DNA of 63,497 nucleotides, counting the filler, from Perkinsus olseni (taxonomy: Eukaryota), in assembly GCA_013115125.1 (NCBI GenBank). It is 8 parts of 8 records of this genome, joined end to end, with 100 filler letters (N's around TTAATTAATTAA, not from the genome) between each part and the next. Parts side by side here need not be neighbours in the genome. Positions count along the whole stretch, not along the records: positions 8,016 to 15,918 come from JABANN010001001.1; positions 16,019 to 23,902 come from JABANN010001002.1; 6 more parts are not named here. One strand, written 5' to 3'. How positions within the stretch are numbered: the stretch's first letter is position 1; each line of letters opens with the position of its first letter. The position numbers were made by a program, and so were the translations under genes. The notes beneath the pieces are model-generated. The model was not told where the DNA came from and ran no database searches. It worked only from the letters and a program-made list of their open reading frames with translations. Below are positions 8,328-22,244 of the stretch, in pieces.

Positions 8328-11177
8328 CCGACGTTTGACGATGCCATCACGCAAGAGTTGACGAGACCTCTCTTCTTTGGAGGGGCTATAACAGAGTTGT
8401 AATACGCTTGGCCGGCAAAATATAACGATGCTGAGAAGAACGGTCAATACTGCTAGCGCGAGCCCAGATGAACGATTTCCTTACTTCCTGCTTGCATGCA
8501 GAGGCCCAGGACTATGACTGCTGCGAGATTATGGACAAAGGGAACCACCATTATTATCATCGAAATGAGCATCCCCATGCTGCCAACCAGGGCAGCGGGG
8601 ATGAAGTCTGAAAAGAAAGAAACCCTGCTAGAGTTCCGAAGGCGAAAATCCGTCCGTAGCACAACCGCCGAAAGCTCTGCGAATCACTCGTGTCTATTGA
8701 GAGTGACTCAATTGCACAGCTTTGGTGAGAATCGTGCGAGCGGCCTCCGCTGTTCAGCCGGAGATTGTTGATTTCCCGAAGAACCCGTTCGCATCTACAC
8801 CTTACGCGTGAGAGGCAAGTAGATGAGATTCATTACGACAGGAGCCACCGCCTGAACTCCCAAGGCCGAGCCGTTCTGGGAAGTCGTCAGACCATAGTAA
8901 TCAACACCAATGAGTCCGAAAACAGTCTGCCAAGTGATTCCAATGGTCCTGCAAAAAGAAAGAAGTTGGCTATGCTTGGAAGTAATTCACGCACAGTCGT
9001 CGCAAAAGGATACGACCCAAAAATTTCATCTGACGAATAATCGAGACGCCAATGGCTCGAGTTACCTAGGCTATTGTTCTCTCGAGTAAAGCTCGAGTCA
9101 AACGAGAATGGATTGCCCATGTGAGCGAAGTCGTGACTTACTGTCCGCAAAAGGAAGCCAAGGAAAGGCACATAACCGTCGGGACGAGGTACTTATTCCG
9201 AAGCGGATCCACCATATTCATCCCTGGTGGTTTAATAGGGTTCCCGTTCTTGTCTTTCACGAGAGATTCTCTCAGGAACAGAAACATGAGCACAAGCAAC
9301 ACTGCCGCCACAACGCCGATGAAATAGAACGGGAAAGAGAGGGAAACGCTTGCCAATGCACCGCCTGAGAGAGTGGAACTCGATATTGTCAGAGGGTGGG
9401 AAAACGGTAGGGCGATAACTAGATCTAGAACCTCTACACTGTAAAGACTCTTTACTAAAGAGCAATCCCCGTTTCTTTCATGTATGATCAGCAATGAAGC
9501 GATGAAAAACCGAATATCTTAGTTCACATGGAAAGGCCGTATAAATGACGAGACCAGCCTCGCCGGCTGGCCACTGATGCCATTGACTGAACCAGGCACC
9601 CCCGTACTACCAATTATAGGACCGATGCTTCGACCAACAACCACAGATAGACCAAGAAAGGCACCATATAGCTTCATGTCGACCGGTCTACTACTGTCGA
9701 TGAGATATGCGATGATGACGGGACGGCTTCCTGAAAGAGATGGATATAGAACGGGTCTCCCGATGCGTTGAGCCCCATGTCCAACAGAATCGAGAACTTT
9801 TATGAGATAAGAATCCCCGAGTTGGTTTGGCTCGGAAAATAGTTTGTCAGCGGCATTCTCTGAGTGATGGTTTCCTCCTCGATAACCTACTGGAGTGGTA
9901 GTTTCTTTACCCCTCCTCATTAAGGCGGGAAAATGGTGCACGTGTATCATAAGGCATGAATCATGCCACATGAGTCAATACTTTCTTGATGGCACAAGAC
10001 CGAAACACTGAGCGGCCCGCGCCGAGGATGGTCGGGCGACCCGTTATGGGCCCTGCCAAAATTACGACCCTCATGTATAATTCACTTAAGTAATGTGTTT
10101 CTTCGCCTTATATATTTCACTGAAGGAATGCCCTAAGGAGTGGCCTCTTCAAAAGTTGCCTCGATCCCGCCACCCCGTAAGGTTGCACACAACGACGCGA
10201 TGACGTTGAAATTCTAACCCAATGAAGCCTAGTTATTACCAGCAGCAGTTCCACCAATCGCCCTGAATACAGCAAAGGTCGTGAGGTCCCATGCATTGGC
10301 TACTAAGAACTGCGCCACAGTATAGATTGTCATTCCCGCGAGGAAGACAGGCCGGCGACCGAACCTGAGAGTCGAAGATACTCTTAAACTCGGGAACGAG
10401 AGATGGTGGGAAGCTCACGCCTACCGGTCAGAAAGCGGACCGCTAATTAGAGAGGCGACGAACGTGCCGACTGCGTAGGAAGCCATGAGAATAGAGGCTG
10501 CGGTGCCTTGATTCATATCGGGTGCAAGCTCCTCTACGTACCTACCAAAACCGAAAAATATCACGCCGACAGTTCTGTATTCGTGTATACCCACGGCAAC
10601 AGCAGTGATGAGCTGTCGAGTAAATAGAGAAAATCGATCCCCATGCAGTGATGACTGCCCTTCAGTACAACTCGTGGCCTGTATTCAATACCTTCTACCT
10701 CTATGGTACTCGCTCATACCGAAGAGATAATATTTTCTTTCCTCAGTCTGATATACCCGCGGTAAAGTAAATAAATTGGCTGATAATATCGAGCCTTGAT
10801 AACTAGATTAAACCATACACCCCCACCCGATAGTAATGAAAGGCGAGCATGGCGCGCCGCTCTCTCGACAGATGGGGGAAAAGAGCTATACCATCCGTTT
10901 CGAGAATTCCTCCCAAATTCCTTTCCAAACGTCAACTGCGCATGCCCTGGCGAAGATATTACCATGGAGTGACAGGTGCCAAGAGAGTACTTCCCAGCCA
11001 CTCGAGGAAGATACTAAAGAATATCATAGTCAAGTCCGCCACACGCCTTGGTCTGTATTTAAGTCGATAGAGTAACCTATTCCAATGATTGAGGTTATAA
11101 TAGTCATTCGGGGGCAACGGACCATCGCTGCCCCCATCAGGAATCGGCAATATCTTCCGATACCAGCGGCAAGCCAT
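8328..11177 (-). CDS. MFS transporter (DHA1/TetA-like), multi-exon, paralog A; 3' end uncertain
   Basis: Exons IFLEWLGSTLLAPVTPW, SGPLSDR-(L)GRRPVFL (MFS motif A), GSRPVIIAYLIDSS, APPKKRGLVNS. Confidence 0.8.
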
Positions 11178-11772
11178 ATATATTATTAATGAGCAACACT
11201 GAGAAACTAAAACGTGAACACTATTGCACCACTTCGAGATGTAGGAACAGTTTAGCTAGCGAGACAAGATTCTGCCAACAGATTTCCGCGACTTTTCACC
11301 GTAAAACTTACGAATAAGATGCCGCTGAATCCGGAGTAATGTACTGTAGAGCTCGACGAGAGCATTCAATTGACGTGCAGTACAACTCTCAACTCGTTCG
11401 CTCTACAAATTCACGAGGCATGGGCCTCTTTAAGTCGGCATCCTGTAATTGAACTGACTGTGAACTCGAAGCTCTCGGAGTATAAGTGATGTTGAGAAGG
11501 ACCGACAACTGTCAACACCAACAACATACAACAGAACTGTCTATACACAGCTCGATGCCCGACGATAACACCGCCAGGGCTGAGCATGTCGAAGGACCCA
11601 AGATCCTTCAGAAGCGAGTTGACATAGTTGAAGTAGATAGCACAACCTACCCTTAGTTAGGGAAGGAAGCTAACAGCATTCGGTGCTACCATAAGTATAA
11701 TGCTGAGCAACTTTTGTCGAGGAAAGAAATCAGCAACAGAGTTAAGAGGAAGAAGAACCATCGTCGTCGCAT

Positions 11773-14700
11773 TTATACGCTCTCCCCAGCCACAGAGCTG
11801 GCCACAGTGTCCGTGATAGACACGTTGGACTCCTCAGAAGTACTTTGCTTAGCGCCTTCGTTGGCGGCCTGCTTGAACAGGCTCATCTGATAGTTGATGC
11901 CGAAATACACAAACGCACCTGAGAATGAGGTTGTAGCGTATACCCACGACTGAGGCAGATTCTAACGTGCGTTCATCATTGAGAATGCCACTACCCAACG
12001 AGCCCACTTAGCCATTACACAAACGCTGGAAACTAACTTGGTCCTTGACCGAATCTCTCACCAAACTCCATTAAACTCCACCGGATACCACTTCCCCCGC
12101 GAGAACATCCTCCCGAGCATAGCGGACACTAGAACGGAGGCGCACCGCAGAGATTCCCAATTCTTGCCACAAGTTAAGAATGACACCCCGCCCTTACGAA
12201 CCCCATTCGAACACAAGAAGACGACCCATAATAGCTTACAAGAGATCGCTCCAACACCAGAGAGGATAACGCTGAGGTAAAAGGGATAGGCCACGTTAAG
12301 ATCGTAGAGATTTCCAGCAACCAAGGGACCAACGAAGCCACCTAAAAGCACGTCTCGAATGCTCGCGCTCGGAACCGTAGAGGGTCCAGAAATCTCTCTG
12401 GCCGTCTCCCACTCAAGTGATCGTCAAAGACTCATCAGCATATTACCGATATTGGAAGCTCCCATAACGCAGGAGTTGATGAGTCCTCTCTTCTTGGGCG
12501 GGGATATGACAGCAGTGAAGAAAGCTTGGCCGGCAAAGTACAGACCAACTGAACGGGAAGAGATGATACCTCAGCCAACCGAAGCCTAAATCTCTAACAG
12601 CCCTTCCCACTCCCCGAAGAATCCCACGGATAAAAAAATATGGCACACGACAAGACAGCCTGGGCTCGACTCACAACGAATCCCTTTCACTATATACGAT
12701 GCGAGAAGCTCCCCGAAGTGAATAGTTCGTTCTGCCTGCGTTCCCATTTATCCCGGCCTGGAACGTTATTCCGCAGTAATACTCTCCCCGAAGAAATTAT
12801 TCTATTCAATCAAGCGTGTTTCTGCTCATATTACTTCCTGCCTGCAGTCCCATACCCAGGAAAATGACTCCAACCAGACTGTGTATGAAGGGCACCACCA
12901 CGATTACCATGGCAAGCACCAGACCAGAACAGCCCAGAAGAGCAGCAGGGATGAACTCTGAAGAGAAACACTCGTACGAACTCCGATAACACCGTCCATC
13001 ATTCAACGCTTCAGCTTAACTTCAGCCAACCGAAAGTGGGATGCAGTAAATTTTTTGCGAAGAAAAAGATACTCCATCCCGTCAAATCTATCTAAGTTGG
13101 AGTTTCGAAGACGCGACCGCATCCCGAAGGACCTACGCGTGAGGGGTAGGTAGATGAGATTAGTGAAGATCGTTCCAACAGCTTGAATGCCCTGAGCTCC
13201 TCCGTTCTCAGAGGAGGACAGATGGTACTCGTCCGCTCCGAGCAGTCCAAACACTGTAGCCCAGTTGATACCTAGATACCTGGCAAACAGGACACGCGGC
13301 TCAACATGCGGTGGCAGATAGTGAATCAATTTATCGATTTCAAGTGGCCTGGTCGGCCTCCCAGGGGAAATGGCCAACGGTCACAACGAACATCGCATGA
13401 GTAGCGGATTGCGGCTGCGAATCAATTTCGTGACGTGGCCCAGTCAACTCCTCTGTGCCTAATAGTTACCACCAGCGTCGGATACGATCACAACGAACAT
13501 CGCAAAAAAAGTAGATTGCGAACAAATTTCGAGACGTGGCCTGATCAGCCTCTCCAGCGAAAAAGCTACCGTCAGCGTCGAATAACATACATCAATAAAG
13601 ACCGTTCCTATACTGCACAATAATTGTCCCAGTCTGCCTACGACTTCCTACTCACAACGAGGGTTTTGGATTCAATTTAACTTTCAACAAAGTGGTAAAC
13701 AAAAATTGAGCCAACACCGCTGTCTCCGCAGTGCAGCCTCGCCAAGCTTACTGAGCACAGAAGGAGACGATGCCGAGGACCACGACAGTCGGCCAGAGGA
13801 ATCTGTTTCTCGGCGGCTCCTTCTCGTCGGGACGGGCGAACTTGTTCACCGGCATCCCGTCCTTGTCCTTCTCCAACGATTCGCGCAAGAAGAGAACTTC
13901 CAAGATGAGGATTATGGCGGAGACCACTCCCATGAAGTAGAAAGGGAACGACAGGGAGACGGCCGCTAAAGCTCCACCTGAAAAAAAGATGCCATCCCCA
14001 GACGATCGACTGTAACAGGTACAGGTTATCCTCCTTCAGAAGGGACACAAGTAAACGACGCTTCGTCTCTTCCAAAAAGAGCTTCCCTCACTTGTAAGAC
14101 ACGATCGGACGCGCAGTACACCGTGGCCGAGGACAGCATGTGAAGCCTTACCAATAGCGGGACCGACGCTCTGGCCCACGACCACATGCAGTCCCATGAG
14201 CACACCGTACAACTGCATGTCGATCGGACGACTACTATCAGTGAGGAAGGATATGATGACAGGACGAGTACCTCGGAAAAAGACACCGCTCCAGACATCG
14301 CAGGTTCGACCCTCACCCCCTCCATTATTACCAGCAGATACACCAGCCATGGCCCGGAACCCTGCAAAGCTAGCGATGTCCCAAGCATTGGCCATGAGGA
14401 ACTGGGCTACAGTGTAGATGGCCATTGCTGCGAGCAGGACAGGACGGCGACCGAGCCTGAGAGCAACACCGAGTGTTCTACCACCCCGACGAGTAACCCT
14501 AGACTTTCCCTTTTCAGATCTACTCGGACACACACACAAATGCCGCGGGAAACCTAGGCGAGACATCGGACTACTACCAACATGATAACCCTGAGGGGCG
14601 CCCTCCGAATGCACTACCTATCACTGAGTGGTCCGGTAACAAGAGATGCAAGGAATGTCCCAACAGCGTAGGCAGCCATAAGAACGGAGGCAGCCGTACC

Positions 14701-15007
14701 TTGATTCATATCCGGAGCTAGATCCTCGATGTACCTGAACACGCATGCACACTGATGCCGTGAAGTAAACGAACTACGCGGCTCACCAAGGAGTGACTGG
14801 AGCCAGCAGAGTACTTCCCACCCATTCAATGAAGATGCCAACGAAGAGGATGACCAAGTCCAATACCCTTCTAGGGTTGTACTTGGTTCTGTACACCAAA
14901 CGCTTGGGGTAACTGAGGGCGTAGTACTCCTCAGGAGAAAGGGGGCCCTCCCGGACTTTTTCAGGGAGGGGCAGGAGAGCCTTCAATGAAGAAAACGAGA
15001 CAGTCAT
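11773..15007 (-). CDS. MFS transporter (DHA1/TetA-like), multi-exon, paralog B
   Basis: IFIEWVGSTLLAPVTPW, TGPLSDR-LGRRPVLL, GTRPVIISFLTDSS, PPKKRGLINS, GGFVGPLVAGNLY. Stop TAA at 11773. Confidence 0.85.
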
Positions 15008-15290
15008 GAAATGCTGTACAGGGAACAACGAGAAACGGAGAAACTGACAAAAGCAATTAATAAGAACGCTCTAAGGGCAACGTCATTGACGATGATACTC
15101 GAAAAGATTCCCCAGTAAGCAGTGATGGCAGTCTCCCCGCTGCATCAGCAAAGTTTTTACTCGTCCCAATGAGGGAAGAGACAGTGACGAGATGCTGTAC
15201 AGGGAACAACGAAAAACGAAGAACGGACCATGGGAATACTTCAAAACCAGGGCACCGTCATTGACGGCGATACTCGAGAAGAGTCTGGTA
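14996..15290. repeat. Diverged ~180-bp tandem duplication at the 5' end of MFS paralog B
   Basis: GAGACAGT..ATGCTGTACAGGGAACAACGA..AGGGCA.CGTCATTGACG..GATACTCGA occurs at ~14997 and ~15178. Confidence 0.65.
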
Positions 15291-15296
15291 TAAGCT

Positions 15297-15918
15297 GGGG
15301 CCGTATGCGGATCCTGATTTTTGGGGTGATGCAGAGTAAAAAATCAGCATCAATACTCAAGCACAGATTTTTCACTGAGTTATGAATCTCGGGCTATCAT
15401 CCTGCATCATACTCAAGAATCTTGCATCTTGTATCCGACTACTTACTCAGCATCACAATTTACAGCTGATTCTGGAATCAGAATCACTCAGAAATACTCA
15501 GACCCAGATGCGAGAGATATAAACCACAATCAGCTATCTACCCTGATGCACGGAGGGATCGCCGGTTCTATCCTAGGCGACCGCCTTTCTAAAGCATTTA
15601 ATACACGCATCACCGACCATTGATCAACGCGATTCGTGGATCGAGATTCACATGGCCGTGATAATCCGAGCGATTCGACTCAGGTTCAAGTAGCGGCACA
15701 AGCTTTTCTCCAACTTTTCCGACTTAACGTAATCTTCGGAAACTTAATGCTTAAGTCTACAATCAAGTGACTACAAGCTAACTACGAAATTTTCTTTATA
15801 GTGTTTATAGTGCTATTGAAGGTATAGGACTCGGCAGTTGATTCTCAAGCCCCATTGAACTTTATATAATGCCCAATGCACCTTCCGAAGAAGCCAAAAT
15901 CTATTTCGCTTCAATTTT
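15297..15918. mobile_element. Possible DNA-transposon end
   Basis: Begins GGGGCCGTATGCGGA, followed by repeated ATACTCA/ATCAG motifs. The other end is missing (contig break). Confidence 0.3.
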
Positions 15919-16018
15919 NNNNNNNNNNNNNNNNNNNNNNNNNNNNNNNNNNNNNNNNNNNNTTAATTAATTAANNNNNNNNNNNNNNNNNNNNNNNNNN
16001 NNNNNNNNNNNNNNNNNN

Positions 16019-19000
16019 TGTATACGACTAATGTCATGATCTGTAGGCTGCAGCTTTTGGAAAAGCGTCAAGACTTCCTGCAGATCACGATCCGTTGCGG
16101 AACGAACGAACTTTTGGAACATCATCAGCCGCATAGTCGTTATAACAGAAGGGCTTGTCCATATCAGCGTCTCCTTAATTGGAGGCAGCTGATTAGGATC
16201 ACCACTCCCCATGACCAACACACCGCCGAAGGGCACAGGGGACTTGTGCAGAAACTGGAGGATTTTATTCTGCACGTCTAAAGTTTCTGCCCCCTCAGTT
16301 CCGATTTCTTCGTGGATGAAGACCCTTATTGATCGCAACCACTCCATCTTAACGGGATCACGCGCCAACCGTGTAAGAGCGCGCTCGGCCAAGCTCCTTG
16401 GTGCCAAATCACTGGATACAGGTATGGAGAACACTAAATGAATGTGCTCACCTCCTAGAGCAGCAGCTCTTTCACTCGCGACACTAGTAACTATAGTGTT
16501 GAGCCCCTTCGCCAACGCGTACGCTCCCCAGTGAGCAGTTATGAAGCTTTTGCCGCTCCCTGGAGGTCCGAGGAGAATCGGTGCCCGGACGAACGCTAGC
16601 TGGCCAGACCGAAACTCGTCTATCGCTCGGATGCCCATCTGCAAAGCAGCTTGTTGCTCCTGGAAAGATTCGGCAGATTGAGTAGCTCCTTGCTGCAGAA
16701 CTGGGACCCAAGGTAGAGGGTTTTGGAGCGTGGCGTTAACCAAATCGTCCACGGGTGGCAAGCCATTTATCGGATTCCCCAGGTAGTGCAGTGCCTCGGC
16801 GAAATTTTTCCTAGTGTCTCGTTGTCTTTGGTGTATCGCCTCGACAGCTTGCCTTACAAGCTCATAGCGCAACACCAGCGGAGTCGCGAAGAATTGCAAC
16901 TCGCCCTCAATGAGCAGCGAGTGCAGCGCATTGTTTGCGTGCACAAGGTGCCGGTCGAATGAGACAGTGCCACCAGGCATATAGAGAAGCTGCTCGAGAA
17001 TGTAGCGCCTCAGTATGCGGTTTTTCTCTTGCATCGTAGGGTGCTCAGCATCGGCTATAAGTTGGGCCTCCTGGAATGCTTGTCGCAAGTTCGCCACATC
17101 GAAAACGCCGACCTCAGTTTCATATCGACCCATAGATAGAATAATATGGATCAGAAACCGATCCGCATAGCGCGGCAATGGGTTAGAAAGAACGGCCACT
17201 CGAGGGAAGAAGTCATCCGGAACCACGAATCGTTCTACTAGGTCCATCGGAGGCTCATTACCCAACAGAGGGTCAAGGATATCCCTAATAATTGATCTGA
17301 CCAATTCCCCTTGCTGGGGGTAATAGTACGCTCGATTAGTGACATAAGCTACGGCAGCTTCCCGGACTCGGGAAATGCAGTTCGGTAGCAGCCTGACCTG
17401 CTTATTAAAGCCATCGATCCATGGACATTCAGCTAGTTCCACACGGAGAAGGGCTTCATTGACCTCTTGAATCTGGTCGCCGTTGCGAAGCATGCGCTTG
17501 GGGATCGCCTTGCGGTCTACGCATTCAAAATAGTCCTTGACGGAGCTAATGAAGAGAAGTTCAGGAGGCCTCACGCCGAATATTGATATAGCGTCCGGCA
17601 TGATATTGCTCTGTCGAGCATCACAAATAGCATGAATCTGGGCATTCAGGATCTGCCTCTCGCGAGGAAAACCCAAAGCCTCTCGGACGTCGAATGCTGC
17701 GACTGCATTCCCCTCAGCGCCAGGACGCACGTAGTGGCGCTCCCTCTTCATAATGGCCGACCTATCTTGCTTATATCCTGTGTTGATGTGGATATATTTG
17801 GAGCAGAGGTGGACATACTTGAACTCAAATTCCCAGAAGACGGCTTCTGTCAAGGCAAGAGTCCTGCCCTCAACCGCACTGCTTTTTTTCTCCCTAGCCT
17901 TGTCCGATGAGGATGCGATGGCAGCTCCCGTTACCTTGAGGTTCTGCAGAGGATCCTGAGTGACGGAGACCTCATTCTCACTACGGCCACACTTGAGGAA
18001 TACCCTGGCACGCTCCTCCTCACCAGCTGCGTATTTCGCCAAGTATCGAGCTGTGAAGGTAGGACTGCATATTTGCAGATTGTCACTACTCTTCGCAGCG
18101 GCGAATATCCAATCGTTGAATGGAGACAGCCGCTCCGAGCGCTGTGCCGGGTACATGTGCTTGCGGGCCCTCAACTCCTCAGTGACCATGAGGCCAGGAT
18201 TGCCGCCAGGTCGGGTCCCTTCCTCAGCAAGGTTGCAATCGCGAAGAAGCTCGAGGGCGGTTTCAGAGTGTTCCACGTAAATTGTCTTCGTGGAGTAGAC
18301 CTCTGAAGCAGGGCGCTGAGGAAAGCGGCAAATGAGTTTGCCATCGCTATCCCTTTTCTTAGCGCACCTATACCCCGCCTTCTCGCAGCTGTGCTCTTGC
18401 AACTTGCTGGCGAGAGTCTTCAGGGCCACCACGTCGTTGAAATCGTGTACGAGTCCGGCATCTTTGAACCCGTGCCAGTCGTAGAAACTATGCNNNNNNN
18501 NNNNNNNNNNNNNNNNNNNNNNNNNNNNNNNNNNNNNNNNNNNNNNNNNNNNNNNNNNNNNNNNNNNNNNNNNNNNNNNNNNNNNNNNNNNCAACCCGAA
18601 ATGCTTATTGAGCAAGATATGCCCAGGTACTCCGGACGACGATTCTTGCATGACGGGGATATCGGCTGCGTTAGTCGCTGGCATGCGAGGTTCCTGATCG
18701 ATCGGATCATCCTCGTCCAAGACGCCATCTTGCATTATATCGAAGTCCGGATCCATGAGCAATCCATCTCCAACCTGCGATGCGTCATCATCATCTGAGT
18801 CGTCTTGCTCTTCTATGAGGGCTGCAAGGGGATCCACATTCTGCAGTTCGTCCCCATCCTCCCACATCGGAGGCTGGGCAAGGACAGGGTGGTTAAGATC
18901 CATTGGACGTGAACGAATGCGAAAGACCTGTTGATTGGTGGTAGCCTGTTCGAGCAGTTGCTTACCGTGTGCGTTGCACAGAGCGCATACACATCCTGGC

Positions 19001-22000
19001 TCAGAACAGGACCACTTGCCAACACGGTTACAGATGAAATTACCATTATCGTCCGTATAGCAGCACTTCTCCCGCTGTTGCCCGTGGAAGATGGGAGTTA
19101 TAGTCAAGGGTATGTTATGTTCGTGACATATCAAGTACCCTTGTCCCCCAGTGTACTGCAAATATCTGAGTTTCGCATTCAACCTGTATCCTCCGCCTGT
19201 CCGAACGTAGATGAGGCACCCCCAGGATTTATAAATGCTCCGCAAGCTCTCCTCGAGCGGGTGATCAACTGGTAGGACAGTTGTTGGTCTGCGAGAGGAC
19301 TTGAACCATGACTGGTGCGGTCCTTCGTTGCGTAAAAAGCAGGTACTACTCCAGTTCCTGTTACCTGCATCACCACGTTCCGGATGGCGCCAGGGGCTAG
19401 CAGCAGTGCCATCGACCTTGAGCATTGCTACCAACTCCCACTTAGACTCATCGCAAACAATGAAGTGGTCAGGAGGAGTGGTACGCCGCTCTGTAGAGAC
19501 TGCGGCGTCTGTACAGATGCACAATACCCGACAATCTCGTACTGCATTCATGTCAGGCAATTGTCCTAGCATGTCCCGCACGTACTCGTCATTGACAGGG
19601 GCGGCACGTGATCGCTTATACTTGACGCAGGTGTAAGGTAAGGTTTTAACCAGACGTGCTAACAAAACTGATGTGTGGGAAGAGGCGTCGTCAATAGCTT
19701 GATCAGGGATAAGTCCATGGACTGTGCTTGCTCTTTCCCTGAGCAAGCTTTGAATGGCAGACGGCTTTTGTCTACGGTTCCTGCCTGGTATCCCTTGATT
19801 AAACATGGAACCTAAAGGTAAAGACGCTGCACAGTACGACTTGATGTGCTGCGTTGCAACAGTCTGTCGTTCATTGTTTTCGTCGATGGGTTTGGCAGCT
19901 GCTAAGCACCTCCAGAGTGGTGGAAGAAAAGATACCAGCCGAAGGAGAGACCACAACAGTGGGAAGAATTTGCCGTTGAATGCATTCACTAGGCATGGCC
20001 TATGACCAAATGAATCAACGGATTGGGGTAGAGCGTATGCTGAAGGCCAAGTGACATTGCGTCTCCTGTCTTCTTCCTCAGCCTCAGGTTCAGGCTGCTG
20101 AGCATCGCCACCGCCGAGAACAAGCCGCTGGTGGTTACCATCTTGTACCCCATCGACTGCGGGTTGGTGTTGTGGTTCGTCAACGTCAGCATTATCCTCC
20201 TCAAGGTCACGGACCATGGCAGAAACAGTATGCTTCATACTGTGGAGCACCTCAAGTGACTGTTGTAAGCTAACATACGTAGCTCCAGCAAGAGCTGTGT
20301 CACAACGGTCTGCTGACGGTTGAGGAATGTAATTCAAGGACCGGAGAGGAGCCACGCTTAAAGCATCTTTAGCGTACTTAGTTGTGACGAATGCTCGCAG
20401 GTCGGATCGATTAAAGTAATATAAAGATTCCAGGTTGGCATGGATATCAGATTTGATATTCCATTTGGGAGTGGTAGTCAAAGAAAACGAGGAAAGCCCA
20501 CTGAAACCTCCTTGCACGCAACGCATTTGCCAAGTATGCGAGGAATACTTCGCCTTCATCCCCCGAAAAGGCTTGGGAGAAAATATCGCTGGCGTCAGCT
20601 GATCGCTATACGGGCTTGGGGCAGTACCGTGTGGATTATGTGGCACATGAACATAGAACTTCGATGAGCCTCCATCATGAAACCGACAGGTGCATAACAG
20701 CAAACCTTTATCCGTCACTCGCACGGATGCCATGACCGTGACCCCATACTGGGTAGCTCGCTCTGTGAAATCATGCCTGTAGCCCTTCAGATAACGGTCA
20801 GCGTTGGCGCCGAAAGCGTTAACCTCTGGGAAACGCGTGCGCAGAAAGTGATGGTAAGCAACGGCTCCCGCTTTCTCGATGTACTCTGAGCATCCGAAGG
20901 GACACCTAACGGTAGGAACTGCCGTGTCGTCTAAAGCGTTTTTAAGATCCGAAAGCTTTCCTGTTGCTAAGCGAGTATGGAATACCTCTAAGGTAGTACT
21001 GATATCCCTAACCTGACGTGGAGTCCCGTGCAGGGCATTGTCGCATTGTTGTTGCGACACATGATTACGTGCGAGTAATCGCGCACGGAATGCTCGACCC
21101 CATGTGACTGAAAATGTTTGCGGGATGTAGGAGAGCCTGTTCTCGAAATCTGCACCGTTGGCAGATTGGAGAACGAAGTAAGTGAGGAACGCTCTCCAGC
21201 CGTACGCCCAAATCGCATTCTTGCTACCTAACCCTCTTCGTGGACCTGACGCTTCCGATTCATCTGATGCATCGCTAGATGCACCACTTGATGCATCGCT
21301 TGATGCGTTGCTGGATGAATCAGGAGATGTGTCATGCGCACTGGACTCGATTTCACTACCCTCTGTGGCACTATCGGGACTAGGAATATTTCGGGCATTC
21401 ATACGACGAGGTGGCTGTGGATTTTGATGTACATCATAACATACGTAATGCGAACATGTGACACATAAGAGAATATTGCCTCTAGTACGACGCTCCACTT
21501 GAGAGTAAATCCTGTAACCTACATTCCTGCGCTCAAATTCTTCTACAGGTATACAACATAAACAAGAAAAACAATACCTCTCGTGAGGCTCATCAACAAA
21601 TAAAACATCAGCAATATCACTACGGGCGGTGAAGCTGCTATCAGCATCGCGTATATTGCGTGAGACGCTGGTATCGCTAGAACTATCGTTCACAACGCTC
21701 ACATGTGCACCCTCTGGTGTGGCAGGCTGAATGTCACACTGCTGCTGCTGCGGTGGCGGATTGGCACCCCTGCGTGGTCTCGGTGACGATGGGGCTTGCC
21801 TCAAGGGTCTTGGCGAGGGTCGGGGGGAGCCTGCCTCCTGTTGGGAGGGTGGAACCTGCAGAAGAGAAGCTCAGTGTTACTACTAGTAGCACGATTGCAG
21901 AGATAATCGGCAACAATGGTGTCGTGGCCGAAGCACCGACAGCGGTGACAGCATGAGTGCTTACGCCATGAGTCTGCGGCTCTTGTGAATGAGGGAGGTG

Positions 22001-22244
22001 TGACTGGGAGCTGGCTGGTGGAGAAGACGGGGCAGAGGGAGTTGAAGGCTGCTGCGGTGCGGTGTTGGCGGCCTGTGCCTAACAAACGACTAGTTAGCTT
22101 GCGGCACGGTCGTCTACATGTTGAATCCAACGCGACGACAGTATCTACCTGACGTGCAGCGCAAAAACGGCAAGGTACTCCTTTGCCCTTGAACTTCCCG
22201 CAAGTAGGGCATTTCTCACGAACTTGACGACGACGAGGAGGCAT
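16019..22244 (-). mobile_element. Giant intronless Helitron-like Rep/PIF1-helicase ORF (partial, internal gap, one frame break near 21830)
   Basis: PIF1 motifs GPPGSGKS, IHEEIG, PFGGVLVMGSGDPNQLPPI. Helitron-like HSC..C..CRFP and PFND..DNLQ..YLAKYAAG. Several Cys/His clusters, plus an N-terminal CPTC..CRFC in ORF 21801-22244. Confidence 0.7.
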
